64,000 bases of DNA from Syntrophales bacterium (GTDB lineage: Bacteria > Desulfobacterota > Syntrophia > Syntrophales > UBA2210): the NCBI GenBank assembly GCA_963662405.2, contig CAXXKT010000003.1, positions 256,001 through 320,000 of the forward strand, read 5' to 3'. A program made the translations under genes and the position numbers. This document shows, piece after piece, positions 31,539-42,282 of the stretch. The notes below the pieces were generated by a model, which was given only the letters and a program-made list of their open reading frames with translations, had not been told where the DNA came from and ran no database searches. Numbering within the stretch: position 1 is the stretch's first letter; every line of letters starts with the position of its first letter.

Positions 31539-32366
31539 ATGACAACCTACGAACTACGCGATATCGACTTCGAAAAGATCAGTCGCCTTGTGTACGAGCA
31601 GTGCGGGATTAATCTCCACGCCGGAAAGAAAGAGCTGGTCAAGGCACGGTTGAGCAAGCGTCTGAGGGAAGGTAAAATCAAATCGTTCGCTGATTATTAC
31701 CGACACGTGACAACCAAAGAGGGAATGGACGAACTGGTGACGATGCTCGATTCCATATCGACCAATCTGACCAGTTTTTTCCGTGAACAAAGTCACTTCA
31801 GAAAGCTCCAGGAGATAGTCCCCGTCATGGTGGGAATGTCCAACGGGGGGCCCCCGGTGTCGAAGCTCAAGGTATGGAGCGCCGGGTGCTCTACCGGAGA
31901 GGAGCCCTATTCGTTGGCGATGACGATCAAGGAGATCACCGATGGTCGGGCGATCGATCTTAAGATACTCGCCACCGATATCTCCACCCGCGTGCTGAAA
32001 ACCGCCGCCGATGGTGTATATTCGCGGGATAAGATCAAGAATATCCCTCCCCTTCTTTTGAGGAAATATTTTCAGGTCGGCCAGAATCAATGGAAGGGAT
32101 ACTATCGGGTGAAACGGGAGCTCCGTGATACGATCCAGTTCAGACGATTCAATCTCATGGAGACCTTATCCGCGGAAGGTCTCTTCGACATTATTTTCTG
32201 CAGGAACGTAATGATATATTTCGATAAAGAGACACAGGGAGCCCTCATCGACCGATTCTACGGATGCCTGAAAAAGGGAGGATATTTCTTTGTCGGGCAC
32301 TCTGAAAGTCTGACGGGGCTGAGACAACAGTTTCAATACATCGAGCCCAGCGTGTATCGCAAATAA
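31539..32366 (+). CDS. cheR: Chemotaxis methyltransferase CheR
   Basis: TNLTSFFRE, WSAGCSTGEEPYS, FCRNVMIYF, GHSE. Confidence 0.96.
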   Translation: MTTYELRDIDFEKISRLVYEQCGINLHAGKKELVKARLSKRLREGKIKSFADYYRHVTTKEGMDELVTMLDSISTNLTSFFREQSHFRKLQEIVPVMVGMSNGGPPVSKLKVWSAGCSTGEEPYSLAMTIKEITDGRAIDLKILATDISTRVLKTAADGVYSRDKIKNIPPLLLRKYFQVGQNQWKGYYRVKRELRDTIQFRRFNLMETLSAEGLFDIIFCRNVMIYFDKETQGALIDRFYGCLKKGGYFFVGHSESLTGLRQQFQYIEPSVYRK

Positions 32367-32382
32367 GGTCGGGTGGAGTAGT

Positions 32383-32865
32383 ATGGGGAAGATAGTGGTT
32401 GGAATTTCGGACCTGAAGGTGAGCGCAGGCGTCGATGATGTGCTGATTACGTATGCCCTTGGATCATGCCTCGGCGTCGTCGTGTATGATCCGTCGGTGA
32501 AGGTGGGGGGGCTTTTGCACTTTATGCTCCCGGATTCATCGCTCGATCCGAACAAGGCTAAGGGAAGCCCGGCCATGTTTGCCGATACCGGGATACCGCT
32601 CCTCTTTAAATCATGCTACCGCCTGGGAGCCGAGAAGAAACGTATGATCGTGAAGGTCGCCGGCGGGGCCAATATCCTGGACAGTGCGAATCGTTTCCGG
32701 ATCGGCCAGAAGAATATCACCGCATTGAGAAAGATATTTTGGAAAAATAATGTTCTGATCGACGGTGAAGATGTCGGTGAAGGGAATCACCGTACCATTC
32801 AAATAGGTATTGCAAACGGCGCGGTGATGGTGAAAAGCGCTGATGGAATTTTCAAGGAATTGTGA
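32383..32865 (+). CDS. cheD: Chemoreceptor deamidase CheD
   Basis: LGSC, GLLHFMLP, K.AGGA, IG.KN, EDVG. Confidence 0.93.
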   Translation: MGKIVVGISDLKVSAGVDDVLITYALGSCLGVVVYDPSVKVGGLLHFMLPDSSLDPNKAKGSPAMFADTGIPLLFKSCYRLGAEKKRMIVKVAGGANILDSANRFRIGQKNITALRKIFWKNNVLIDGEDVGEGNHRTIQIGIANGAVMVKSADGIFKEL

Positions 32866-32874
32866 GGGGTAATC

Positions 32875-33306
32875 ATGTCTTTCAATGTACTGATCGTGGA
32901 TGATTCCAATTCGATGCGTGCCGTCGTAAAAAAAATTATTACCATCTCAGGATTCAAGATGGATCAATGCATCGAGGCGGGGAACGGGAAAGAGGCATTG
33001 GAGGCACTGTCGGATCGGTGGGTAGACGTCATATTATCCGATATCAATATGCCCGAGATGAACGGTTTCGAACTGCTGAAGCGGCTCAAGGGGGATGAGT
33101 TCCTGAGAGATATTCCCGTTGTTTTTATCAGCACGGAAGGGAGCGAACAACATATCCGGAGCGCCTTTGAGATGGGGGTGAGGGGGTTTATCAAGAAACC
33201 GTTTCTTCCCGAAGAGGTCAGGAAGATGCTTTATGAAGTCATAGGGGTGAGCGATGAAGGAGAATATGAAGAAGATACCGGAGACGATGACGATTTCGAT
33301 TTCTGA
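32875..33306 (+). CDS. cheY: CheY-like response regulator with acidic tail
   Basis: LIVDDS, DINMPEMNG, KPF. Confidence 0.85.
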   Translation: MSFNVLIVDDSNSMRAVVKKIITISGFKMDQCIEAGNGKEALEALSDRWVDVILSDINMPEMNGFELLKRLKGDEFLRDIPVVFISTEGSEQHIRSAFEMGVRGFIKKPFLPEEVRKMLYEVIGVSDEGEYEEDTGDDDDFDF

Positions 33307-33697
33307 GGTTTTTGAGAGGATGTTTTTTATCTTTCTCGAACCCCCGGATGAGGAATCTCAGAGACATGATATCGAGGCCGCGATCCGCTTTGAGGGTCCT
33401 CTCAGCGGTGAGGTACGGATTTTGCTATCACGGGATATGGCACGGGACATGATTTGTAATATGTTGGGGATGGGCGAAGCGGACATTACGGATCAGACGG
33501 TTGAAGATTGTTCAAAAGAGGCGGTCAATATGGTCTGCGGAGACTTCCTCAGTAAATTGGACAGTACCCAGGTCTTTTCCTTGTCGGTCCCCACGTTCGA
33601 ACCGTCGCCGCAGGATATTCCCCTCGGGGGGGGTGCCTGCAGGATGGATTTCGTGTCCGATGGAAAGGGCGTAGGCGTAATCGTTGCCGTTGAATGA
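33254..33697 (+). CDS. cheX: CheX-like phosphatase
   Basis: EVF..MFF; E..N motif (KEAVNMVCG). Confidence 0.75.
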   Translation: MKENMKKIPETMTISISEVFERMFFIFLEPPDEESQRHDIEAAIRFEGPLSGEVRILLSRDMARDMICNMLGMGEADITDQTVEDCSKEAVNMVCGDFLSKLDSTQVFSLSVPTFEPSPQDIPLGGGACRMDFVSDGKGVGVIVAVE

Positions 33698-33771
33698 ATC
33701 GGTTAGACTGAGGAAATGAACTGGTTGCTTCTGTGCGTGCAGGGGCCCCCTGCAGTGGTAGTACGGTTTTG

Positions 33772-34284
33772 ATGAACGAGGAAGAGCTCAAATTATACGA
33801 ATACTATCTGAAGCCCGGATACATATACCTGAACCGAGAACCTTCCGTCATATCAACGGTCGTCGGGTCCTGTGTCATGGTGTCACTCTGGGACTGCAGT
33901 CAAAAATATGGCGGGGCGGTTCATTATCAATATCCTTTCATCGGCGACAAACAAGAGGCAACCGCCCGGTATGGAAATGTGGCGATTACCCATCTCGTCA
34001 GAATGCTTTTAGACGAAGAGGCGGACAGAGAGAATATGAGGGCCCAGATATTCGGAGGAGCGGCGTTGCCGGGATTGGCTCAGTGTAGGGAAGTGGCACG
34101 GGAGAATATCAGGATCGCCAGAGGCGTGCTGCGGAGATTCAACATCAGGATTGTGTCCGAAGATGTGGGAGGAGATGTAGGCCGAAAGCTGGTTTACAAC
34201 ACCTTCAGTAACGAGGTGATCGTCTTTAAAGCGACACAACTTCGCCGGGAGGACTGGTATCCGTATAGGAACGGTAGGGGATAG
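33772..34284 (+). CDS. cheD: CheD (second copy)
   Basis: TVVGSCV, ARYG, FGGA, EDVGG..GRK. Confidence 0.88.
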   Translation: MNEEELKLYEYYLKPGYIYLNREPSVISTVVGSCVMVSLWDCSQKYGGAVHYQYPFIGDKQEATARYGNVAITHLVRMLLDEEADRENMRAQIFGGAALPGLAQCREVARENIRIARGVLRRFNIRIVSEDVGGDVGRKLVYNTFSNEVIVFKATQLRREDWYPYRNGRG

Positions 34285-34323
34285 ATGAAATCACGAGCGA
34301 TGGGTGGAAAGTGATCGAATTGA

Positions 34324-35406
<1,083 letters not shown>

Positions 35407-35409
35407 CGT

Positions 35410-37605
35410 ATGAAAGGATATGATTCTTTAACAGATTTGATTAACAACTTGGCGTCCGATTTCTTGATGATAGACGGAAGAGAGATTGATGTGCCCGCCG
35501 CAGGAAAATTCCTGAATATCTTGGATGGGTTGATAAAAAAAGCGGACCATCACAAGGCCATTCCCCTGAAGTCCGTCGCCGGGTGCCTGTCTTCCCTTTT
35601 GGAGAAGATTGTCCTGAACGGCGTCGAGGACAAGGAGGCGGGTTTCGACGCCCTGGAAAAGGGGATTACCCTGATGCAGGAGATTGGGGAGAGCTTCAAA
35701 AATACCGGAGCGTATGACGGTGACATTGAGCCCTTTACGGATCTGGTCGTTACCCTGACGGGCGAGCATGTCCCGGAGGAGGTGCCCGCGGAGCCGACCG
35801 CGGAAAACCAGGTCCCCAAAGTGGCGGAGATGGGTGACGAGTCACTGCTCAGGGACTTCATTGTCGAGGGCCTCGAATATATCGATGAGATCGAAGTAAA
35901 TATCCTGAACCTGGAACAGGATCCCGAAAACAAAGAGTATATCAATGTCATCTTCCGACCGTTTCACTCCATGAAGGGGGTGGCAAGTTTCCTGAACCTG
36001 GACGAGATTCGTGAGCTTGCCCACAGCCTGGAAACCATTCTGGACAAAGCACGGAATGATCAATTGTCGGTGACACCCGGTCTGATCGATGTGATCCTTG
36101 ACGGGGCTGACGTCCTCAAAGAGATGATAATTCAATTGCGTGCTTCCCTCGAGGACCCTCCCCCGAAACCCCTGGAGGTTGACCTGCCCGCTTTGAAGGC
36201 GCGCATAACGGATATCGAGGAAGGGAAGGCCGAGACCGTCGATGCCGACCGGGAAAGAAAAAAGGTGGGGGAGATCCTCCTCGAAGACGGATCGGTTACG
36301 GATGAGGTCCTGGAAGAAGGTCTGAAGATTGCCGAACAGGGAACCCCGCCGAAAAAGATCGGTGAGACCCTGATAGCCGAAGGGAAGGTGACCCCCCGGC
36401 AGGTATCACAGGCCCTGAGAAAGCAGGCAACCCAGAACGTTGATGCCGGTGCCATTCGGGTCGACATCAGGAAACTGGACGATCTGATCGATATGGTCGG
36501 CGAACTGGTGATCGCACAGTCTATCATCCGGCAGCACCAGATCGTTCAGTCGAACGGAGACAGCAAGCTGGCCAAGAACATCGTTCAACTGTCCAGTATT
36601 ACCTCGGAAATACAGAAGACATCAACCAGCCTGAGGATGATTCCGATCAAACAGACCTTCCAGAGGATGGCCCGCCTGGTGAGGGATCTATCTAAAAATG
36701 CCGGAAAATCCATTGGTGTGGTGATGGAGGGGGAAGACACGGAGATCGATCGGAACATGGTGGATGAGATATATAATCCCCTCGTTCACATGATACGCAA
36801 CGCCGTCGACCACGGCATCGGGCTTCCCCAGGAACGAATCAAGCAGGGAAAACCCGAAAGGGGGATGATCCGGCTCCGGGCCTATCATCGGGGTGGAAAC
36901 ATCGTCATTGAGATCGCCGACGACGGCAAGGGCCTCGATAAGGATCGGATCCTGAAAAAGGCCATCGAAAACGGGGTAGTCGACAAATCACACACCCTTT
37001 CAGACGCGGATATATATCGACTCATCTTTCATCCCGGTCTCTCAACCGCCAAGGAAGTGACGGATGTTTCTGGCAGGGGGGTCGGCATGGATGTGGTCAA
37101 ACAGTCCGTGGAAAAACTGCGGGGAAAGATAGAGATCGACAGTACCCCCGACGAGGGCTCCACCTTCATTACCCGCTTTCCTCTGACCATGGCCATTATT
37201 AACGGGATGATCGTGCGGGTGGGGAGCGAGAAGTACATCGTTCCCACGGTGGCGATCAGGCAGCTCTTGCGTCCCGAGCAAAAGACGTGCAACAAGATCG
37301 CCGGGAAGGGAGAGACGATCAATGTGATGGGAAACCTGATGCCGCTGGTGAGGCTCTATGAACTCTTACAGATAGAGCCTGAGCATGTCAACCCCTGGGA
37401 GGCGGTCACCGTGGTGATTGAAGGCGAGAATGGGGCAAAGTGCGTTCTTGTTGATGAGATTATCGGTGAAGAAGAAGTCGTGATCAAAAGCCTGGGCGAA
37501 GGACTCAAAGGTGTCCGCGGATTGTCGGGCGGTGCTATCATGGGAGACGGTACCGTCGGATTGATCCTGGATCCCGAGGGTTTGTTTGAGTTGAGTGAGG
37601 CATAG
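35410..37605 (+). CDS. cheA: Chemotaxis histidine kinase CheA
   Basis: Hpt FRPFHSMKG; RNAVDHG; DDGKG; SGRGVGMDVV; CheW domain. Confidence 0.96.
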   Translation: MKGYDSLTDLINNLASDFLMIDGREIDVPAAGKFLNILDGLIKKADHHKAIPLKSVAGCLSSLLEKIVLNGVEDKEAGFDALEKGITLMQEIGESFKNTGAYDGDIEPFTDLVVTLTGEHVPEEVPAEPTAENQVPKVAEMGDESLLRDFIVEGLEYIDEIEVNILNLEQDPENKEYINVIFRPFHSMKGVASFLNLDEIRELAHSLETILDKARNDQLSVTPGLIDVILDGADVLKEMIIQLRASLEDPPPKPLEVDLPALKARITDIEEGKAETVDADRERKKVGEILLEDGSVTDEVLEEGLKIAEQGTPPKKIGETLIAEGKVTPRQVSQALRKQATQNVDAGAIRVDIRKLDDLIDMVGELVIAQSIIRQHQIVQSNGDSKLAKNIVQLSSITSEIQKTSTSLRMIPIKQTFQRMARLVRDLSKNAGKSIGVVMEGEDTEIDRNMVDEIYNPLVHMIRNAVDHGIGLPQERIKQGKPERGMIRLRAYHRGGNIVIEIADDGKGLDKDRILKKAIENGVVDKSHTLSDADIYRLIFHPGLSTAKEVTDVSGRGVGMDVVKQSVEKLRGKIEIDSTPDEGSTFITRFPLTMAIINGMIVRVGSEKYIVPTVAIRQLLRPEQKTCNKIAGKGETINVMGNLMPLVRLYELLQIEPEHVNPWEAVTVVIEGENGAKCVLVDEIIGEEEVVIKSLGEGLKGVRGLSGGAIMGDGTVGLILDPEGLFELSEA

Positions 37606-37633
37606 AGAGAGATAGAAAGAACGTATAAGGAGT

Positions 37634-38020
37634 ATGGGAATGAGTCTTGATAAGAACATGAAGATACTAGTGGTCGATGATTTTGCCACGATGCGGAAAG
37701 TCATCAAAAATCTCTTAAAGCAAGCGGGATACAATAATATCGTCGAGGCCGAAGATGGCGCGGAAGCATTAAAAACCCTGAAATCGGTGAATGTGGATTT
37801 TGTCATTTCCGACTGGAATATGCCCAACATGAACGGACTCGAATTCCTGAAGGCCGTCAGAGCGGATGGTGAAATCTCCGGTAAACCGTTCTTGATGGTA
37901 ACGGCGGAAGCCCTCCAGGAAAATGTTGTCCTTGCGGTGAAGGCCGGTGTGAACGATTATATCGTAAAACCATTTACAGCCGAGGTCTTGAACGAAAAGA
38001 TCGAAAAGATTTTAAAATAG
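37634..38020 (+). CDS. cheY: Chemotaxis response regulator CheY
   Basis: ILVVDDFATMRK, DWNMPNMNG, MVTAEA, KPFT. Confidence 0.95.
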   Translation: MGMSLDKNMKILVVDDFATMRKVIKNLLKQAGYNNIVEAEDGAEALKTLKSVNVDFVISDWNMPNMNGLEFLKAVRADGEISGKPFLMVTAEALQENVVLAVKAGVNDYIVKPFTAEVLNEKIEKILK

Positions 38021-38036
38021 TCCCTAGGAGGAAGAC

Positions 38037-38510
38037 ATGGATGTCAGGTATATCAACCCCTTTTTAATGGGGACAGTGAGTGTACTGAAAATGATGGCCT
38101 CTGTCGAACCGAAGCCGGGCAAGCCCTATCTCAAGAAGAACAGTTTGGCAGTCGGCGATGTCTCGGGAATTATCGGTTTGACCGGATCGGTTGCGGGATC
38201 GATGGCCCTGAGCTTTTCCGAGAAGGCGATATTGAAGATTGTGTCAAATATGCTGGGAGAAAACCTGACAGAACTCAATGACGATATTTCGGATGCCGTC
38301 GGGGAGATCACCAATATGGTTTCGGGGGCATCCCGGAAAGAACTCGAGGCGATCGGTCTGACGATCACGGCCGCAATCCCGACGGTCATTGCGGGGAAGA
38401 ACCATTCGATCAAACATATCCTGGGGGGGCCCAGTCTGATTATCCCCTTTGAGACGGAAAACGGACCTTTTGTCGTCGATGTGTGTGTCAGTGATAATCA
38501 GAGCTCGTGA
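38037..38510 (+). CDS. cheX: Chemotaxis phosphatase CheX
   Basis: YINPF, DVSGIIG.TG, DAVGEITNM. Confidence 0.92.
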   Translation: MDVRYINPFLMGTVSVLKMMASVEPKPGKPYLKKNSLAVGDVSGIIGLTGSVAGSMALSFSEKAILKIVSNMLGENLTELNDDISDAVGEITNMVSGASRKELEAIGLTITAAIPTVIAGKNHSIKHILGGPSLIIPFETENGPFVVDVCVSDNQSS

Positions 38511-38603
38511 CGGAAATATGTCCGAATATCCAATCGGTGGATAGTCGAGCATGCCGCGGAAAACCAAGGTAAGCCACCTTGTTGGAGGGGGAACGGGGAA
38601 ACG

Positions 38604-40145
38604 GTGGAACGGAGACTCCAGGCTACAAGCTACTTGAACGATGTGTTCCGGCACATTCCCATTCCCATTATTGGGTGGGACAAGGACCGGAGGGTCACGA
38701 TCATCAATGAGGCCTTCACCGGAATGAACGGCTATGCCGAAGCGGATATCGCCGGCCAGTCCCTGGAGATCCTGTTCCCCGATGAAATCCGCTTCGATTC
38801 TCTTCGAAAGATGGAGCAGGCAGCGTCGGACGGCAACCGATTGGTGGAGATTCCGATTCTTCACAAGGGTGGCGGGATCCGGGTGGGGTTGTGGAGCGCT
38901 TCGACCGTGTACGGGACGGACGGTGGAGCGCCTGTCGTTACGATCGCTTCCGGGCAGGATATTACCGAACACAAACGGCTTGATACGCAATTCATCCATG
39001 AGCAGAAGATGGAGGCAATCGGTACACTGACGGGAGGGATAGCCCATGATTTCAATAATGTCCTTCAGGGCATTTCCGGGTATACCCAACTCCTCCTGAT
39101 GAAGAAACCGGCGAATGACCCCGATCGCGATTACCTCGGCCATGTTGAGGAATTGATCCAGGTAGCGAGCAGACTGATCAGACAACTCTTGATCTTCAGC
39201 AGAAAAGGGGAGAAAAAGATCGGGCCCCTTGACCTGAATCGGGAAGTCACCCGGGTCATGAGGCCCCTGGTCAGGATGATTCCCCGGATGATATCCGTCG
39301 AGACGCATCTCTCCGACGATCTCCACCAGATCAGGGCGGATCGGAGACAGCTTGAATCGGTTATCATGAACCTCGTGTCCAATGCGAGAGACGCCATGCC
39401 GGACGGCGGCAGGCTGGTGATCGAGACAAAGAATACGACCCTCGACGAGTGGTTCTGCCGTGATCATATCGGTTCCGTCCCCGGGGACTATGTCATGCTG
39501 GCCGTTTCAGACAACGGTTGCGGCATGGATCGAAAGACGGTGTCGCATATCTTTGAACCCTTTTACACAACAAGAGAGATCGGCAGGGGAACAGGCCTCG
39601 GTCTTGCCACCGTATACGGTATTGTCAAAGACTCTGACGGGTATATCACCTGTTCCAGCGACCCGGGTCAGGGGACCCTTTTCAGCGTCTATTTTCCGGC
39701 GCTGGGGGTGGTGGGAGACGAAAAGGACCTCCCGGTGGTCGAAGAACCGGAAATCATCGTTCCGGTCCGGAAACAGACGGGGACCATCCTGGTTGTTGAT
39801 GACGAATCCCCCATTCTTGATATAGCCTGCGATATCCTGGGCCAATACGGGTATACGACCATGACGGCGGAAAACGGGGAGAGAGCGATTGAAATCTACG
39901 AGAAGGAGCAAGACCGGATTGCCCTTGTCCTCTTGGATATCGGGATGCCCGGCATGGGGGGATACCGGTGTTTCCAGGAACTGGTGCGGATGAATCCTGC
40001 CGTGAAAGTTATAATCACCACGGGGTATGCCGCCAGCGACAAGGTAGAGGCGATGCTTCAGGCCGGCGCCACCGGTTTCATCGGGAAACCGTATCGGTTG
40101 GTTGATATGATCAAGAAGGTAGAAGAGGTCCTGAATAAACAGTAG
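38604..40145 (+). CDS. Hybrid sensor histidine kinase (PAS-HK-REC)
   Basis: GGIAHDFNN, NARDAM, DNGCG, FEPFYTT, GTGLGL; C-terminal REC. Confidence 0.93.
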   Translation: MERRLQATSYLNDVFRHIPIPIIGWDKDRRVTIINEAFTGMNGYAEADIAGQSLEILFPDEIRFDSLRKMEQAASDGNRLVEIPILHKGGGIRVGLWSASTVYGTDGGAPVVTIASGQDITEHKRLDTQFIHEQKMEAIGTLTGGIAHDFNNVLQGISGYTQLLLMKKPANDPDRDYLGHVEELIQVASRLIRQLLIFSRKGEKKIGPLDLNREVTRVMRPLVRMIPRMISVETHLSDDLHQIRADRRQLESVIMNLVSNARDAMPDGGRLVIETKNTTLDEWFCRDHIGSVPGDYVMLAVSDNGCGMDRKTVSHIFEPFYTTREIGRGTGLGLATVYGIVKDSDGYITCSSDPGQGTLFSVYFPALGVVGDEKDLPVVEEPEIIVPVRKQTGTILVVDDESPILDIACDILGQYGYTTMTAENGERAIEIYEKEQDRIALVLLDIGMPGMGGYRCFQELVRMNPAVKVIITTGYAASDKVEAMLQAGATGFIGKPYRLVDMIKKVEEVLNKQ

Positions 40146-40149
40146 GGTC

Positions 40150-41532
40150 TTATCCGAGCTGGTATCGCTTTAATTTCTCTACGAGCGTTGTCCTGTTCAG
40201 CTTCAACAACTTCGCCGCCCTGTTTTTGACCCCGCCTGATTCATCCAGGGCCTTGCGGAGGAGATCTTTCTCGAATTGGCAAATGGTCTCATTCAGATCG
40301 AGGCCGCTTTCAGGGATCTCTATCTCATGGGAAGCACCCACGGTGTCCCCGACATTGTGCCGCATTTTATCGGGCAGGTCCGCCATCTCGATCGTTCCGT
40401 ACTCCTTCATAACGACGAGCATCTCCATCAGATTCTGGAGCTCCCGGACATTGCCCGGCCACTGATACTTCATCAGGCAATCCATGGCCTCGGGCATCAG
40501 CTTCTCGACATTTTTCTTTTTCAGCCTATTGAATTCCCGCAGGAAATGGTTTGTCAGGACCGGGATATCCACCTTGCGTTCCCTGAGGGAAGGGAGGTGG
40601 ATCGGGATCACGTTGATACGGTAGAAGAGATCCTCCCTGAATGTCTTTTCCATGACGGCCTTTTCCAGGTCCTGGTTCGTTGCGGTGATGATCCTGACAT
40701 CCACGTCGATGGTCTTCATTCCGCCGATACGTTCGAACTGTTTCTCCTGTATCACCCGCAGCACCTTGACCTGCAGCGTGGGACTCATGTCGCCGATTTC
40801 GTCGAGAAAAATGGTTCCGCCGTGGGCCAATTCGAAACGACCCATCCTGCTCCGCACCGCACCGGTAAAGGCCCCCTTTTCGTGGCCGAACAGTTCGCTT
40901 TCAAGGAGTTCCTCGGGGATTGCCCCGCAGTTGACGGTGACAAGGGGGCCGTTCTTGCGATCGCTGTTGAAATGCAGGGCCTGAGCGACTAATTCCTTGC
41001 CGGTCCCGCTTTCACCGTATATTGCAACCGTACTGTCGGACGAGGCCACCTTCTTGACCCTCTCGACGACGGCCTTCATCCTCTCGCTGTACGACACGAT
41101 CTTTCCGAAGTTATATCTCTTCTCGAGGTGGCTCCTGAGCGCGATGTTTTCATCCCGCAACCGTGCATGTGACAGTGCGCGTTTCACCGTCAGGACGACC
41201 AGGTCATGCTTGACGGGCTTGGTGATATAATCAAAGGCCCCCATCCTCATGGCATTGACGGCATTATCCACCGTCGCATGACCGGTGATCATGATAACGA
41301 TATTTTCGGGATTAATCTCTTTTATGAATTTGAGGAGTTGCAGTCCATCGACATGCGGCATCTTCAGATCGGTGATGACCAGATCATACTTGGCGCAGGG
41401 AAAGGCGTCCATTGCCTCCCTGCCGTCCTTGACCGCCGTGACCTCATACCCCTCTTCGGTCAGGAGTTCCGCCAGATTTTCTCTGCTGAGATCGTTATCT
41501 TCCGCGAGCAGTATCTTATAGGCCTTTTTCAT
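40150..41532 (-). CDS. sigma54-dependent NtrC-family activator (candidate flagellar regulator)
   Basis: REC, GESGTGKE, GAFTGA, WPGNVREL, Fis HTH. Confidence 0.93.
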   Translation of the reverse strand: MKKAYKILLAEDNDLSRENLAELLTEEGYEVTAVKDGREAMDAFPCAKYDLVITDLKMPHVDGLQLLKFIKEINPENIVIMITGHATVDNAVNAMRMGAFDYITKPVKHDLVVLTVKRALSHARLRDENIALRSHLEKRYNFGKIVSYSERMKAVVERVKKVASSDSTVAIYGESGTGKELVAQALHFNSDRKNGPLVTVNCGAIPEELLESELFGHEKGAFTGAVRSRMGRFELAHGGTIFLDEIGDMSPTLQVKVLRVIQEKQFERIGGMKTIDVDVRIITATNQDLEKAVMEKTFREDLFYRINVIPIHLPSLRERKVDIPVLTNHFLREFNRLKKKNVEKLMPEAMDCLMKYQWPGNVRELQNLMEMLVVMKEYGTIEMADLPDKMRHNVGDTVGASHEIEIPESGLDLNETICQFEKDLLRKALDESGGVKNRAAKLLKLNRTTLVEKLKRYQLG

Positions 41533-41700
41533 TATAACCTTCAGACAGTGGAACAGGAACGAATTATTTCCACCTGAGCAGCGACAGTTTTTTGACGCGC
41601 CCGATTCTATGAAATGAAATGTATTATAGCAAGGATTTTTTCATTTCGGCACGGAATCTTTCCTGCCGTGCTCAAAACCCGCGGTGATGAAGGATCTGTT

Positions 41701-41994
41701 TCACCGCTCCGTTTTGAAAAGCGACTCCAGTTTCTGTCGCGGGTCTTCCCCCGGTTTTGTCCCGGTCCCGGCCGATGGCGAATCGGCGAATTGGAAATAG
41801 TCGCAGAAGTTGCTCCGATCTTTCTCCACGACCCTTTCCGCCTGGGGCTCACGACAGTCGTTATACGATCCGTGATCATAAAACCGGCAGTTGCGGCAGA
41901 CGTGCAGATCGTTTCCGCAGAAGGGACAGCTATCCCTCCTTCCCACCGTCGTATCGCTCTCTATCTCTTTTTGACAGGCATGACACACGCGCAT
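41701..41994 (-). CDS. Small Cys-rich (zinc-finger-like) hypothetical protein
   Basis: CHAC, CPFC, CRNC plus two further Cys. Confidence 0.7.
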   Translation of the reverse strand: MRVCHACQKEIESDTTVGRRDSCPFCGNDLHVCRNCRFYDHGSYNDCREPQAERVVEKDRSNFCDYFQFADSPSAGTGTKPGEDPRQKLESLFKTER

Positions 41995-42210
41995 AATAGG
42001 GTCCTTTCGGGGAGAAACGCCGGCGTGAGAATTCCCCATGGGAAACAATATGAAAGAAAAACGTTTCCTGACGCCGTTTTTCTTAAAGCCTTTGGCATCG
42101 CCTCCGAAATATAAGACAATACATGCCCCCTGCATTTTGTCAATTCATTTTGTGGGTAGCGTTATGCAAGGGGGGAAGACCCTAATTATGTAAATTATGA
42201 AGTTATTCCA

Positions 42211-42239
42211 TTGACACAATACCATGCCCGTCGTATGGT
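42211..42239 (+). promoter_or_regulatory. Possible sigma70 promoter
   Basis: TTGACA-N17-TATGGT upstream of the lipoprotein gene. Confidence 0.55.
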
Positions 42240-42282
42240 TTTCTGCACGGGTATGGGGTGTCTACTACATACAGAGGAGTGG

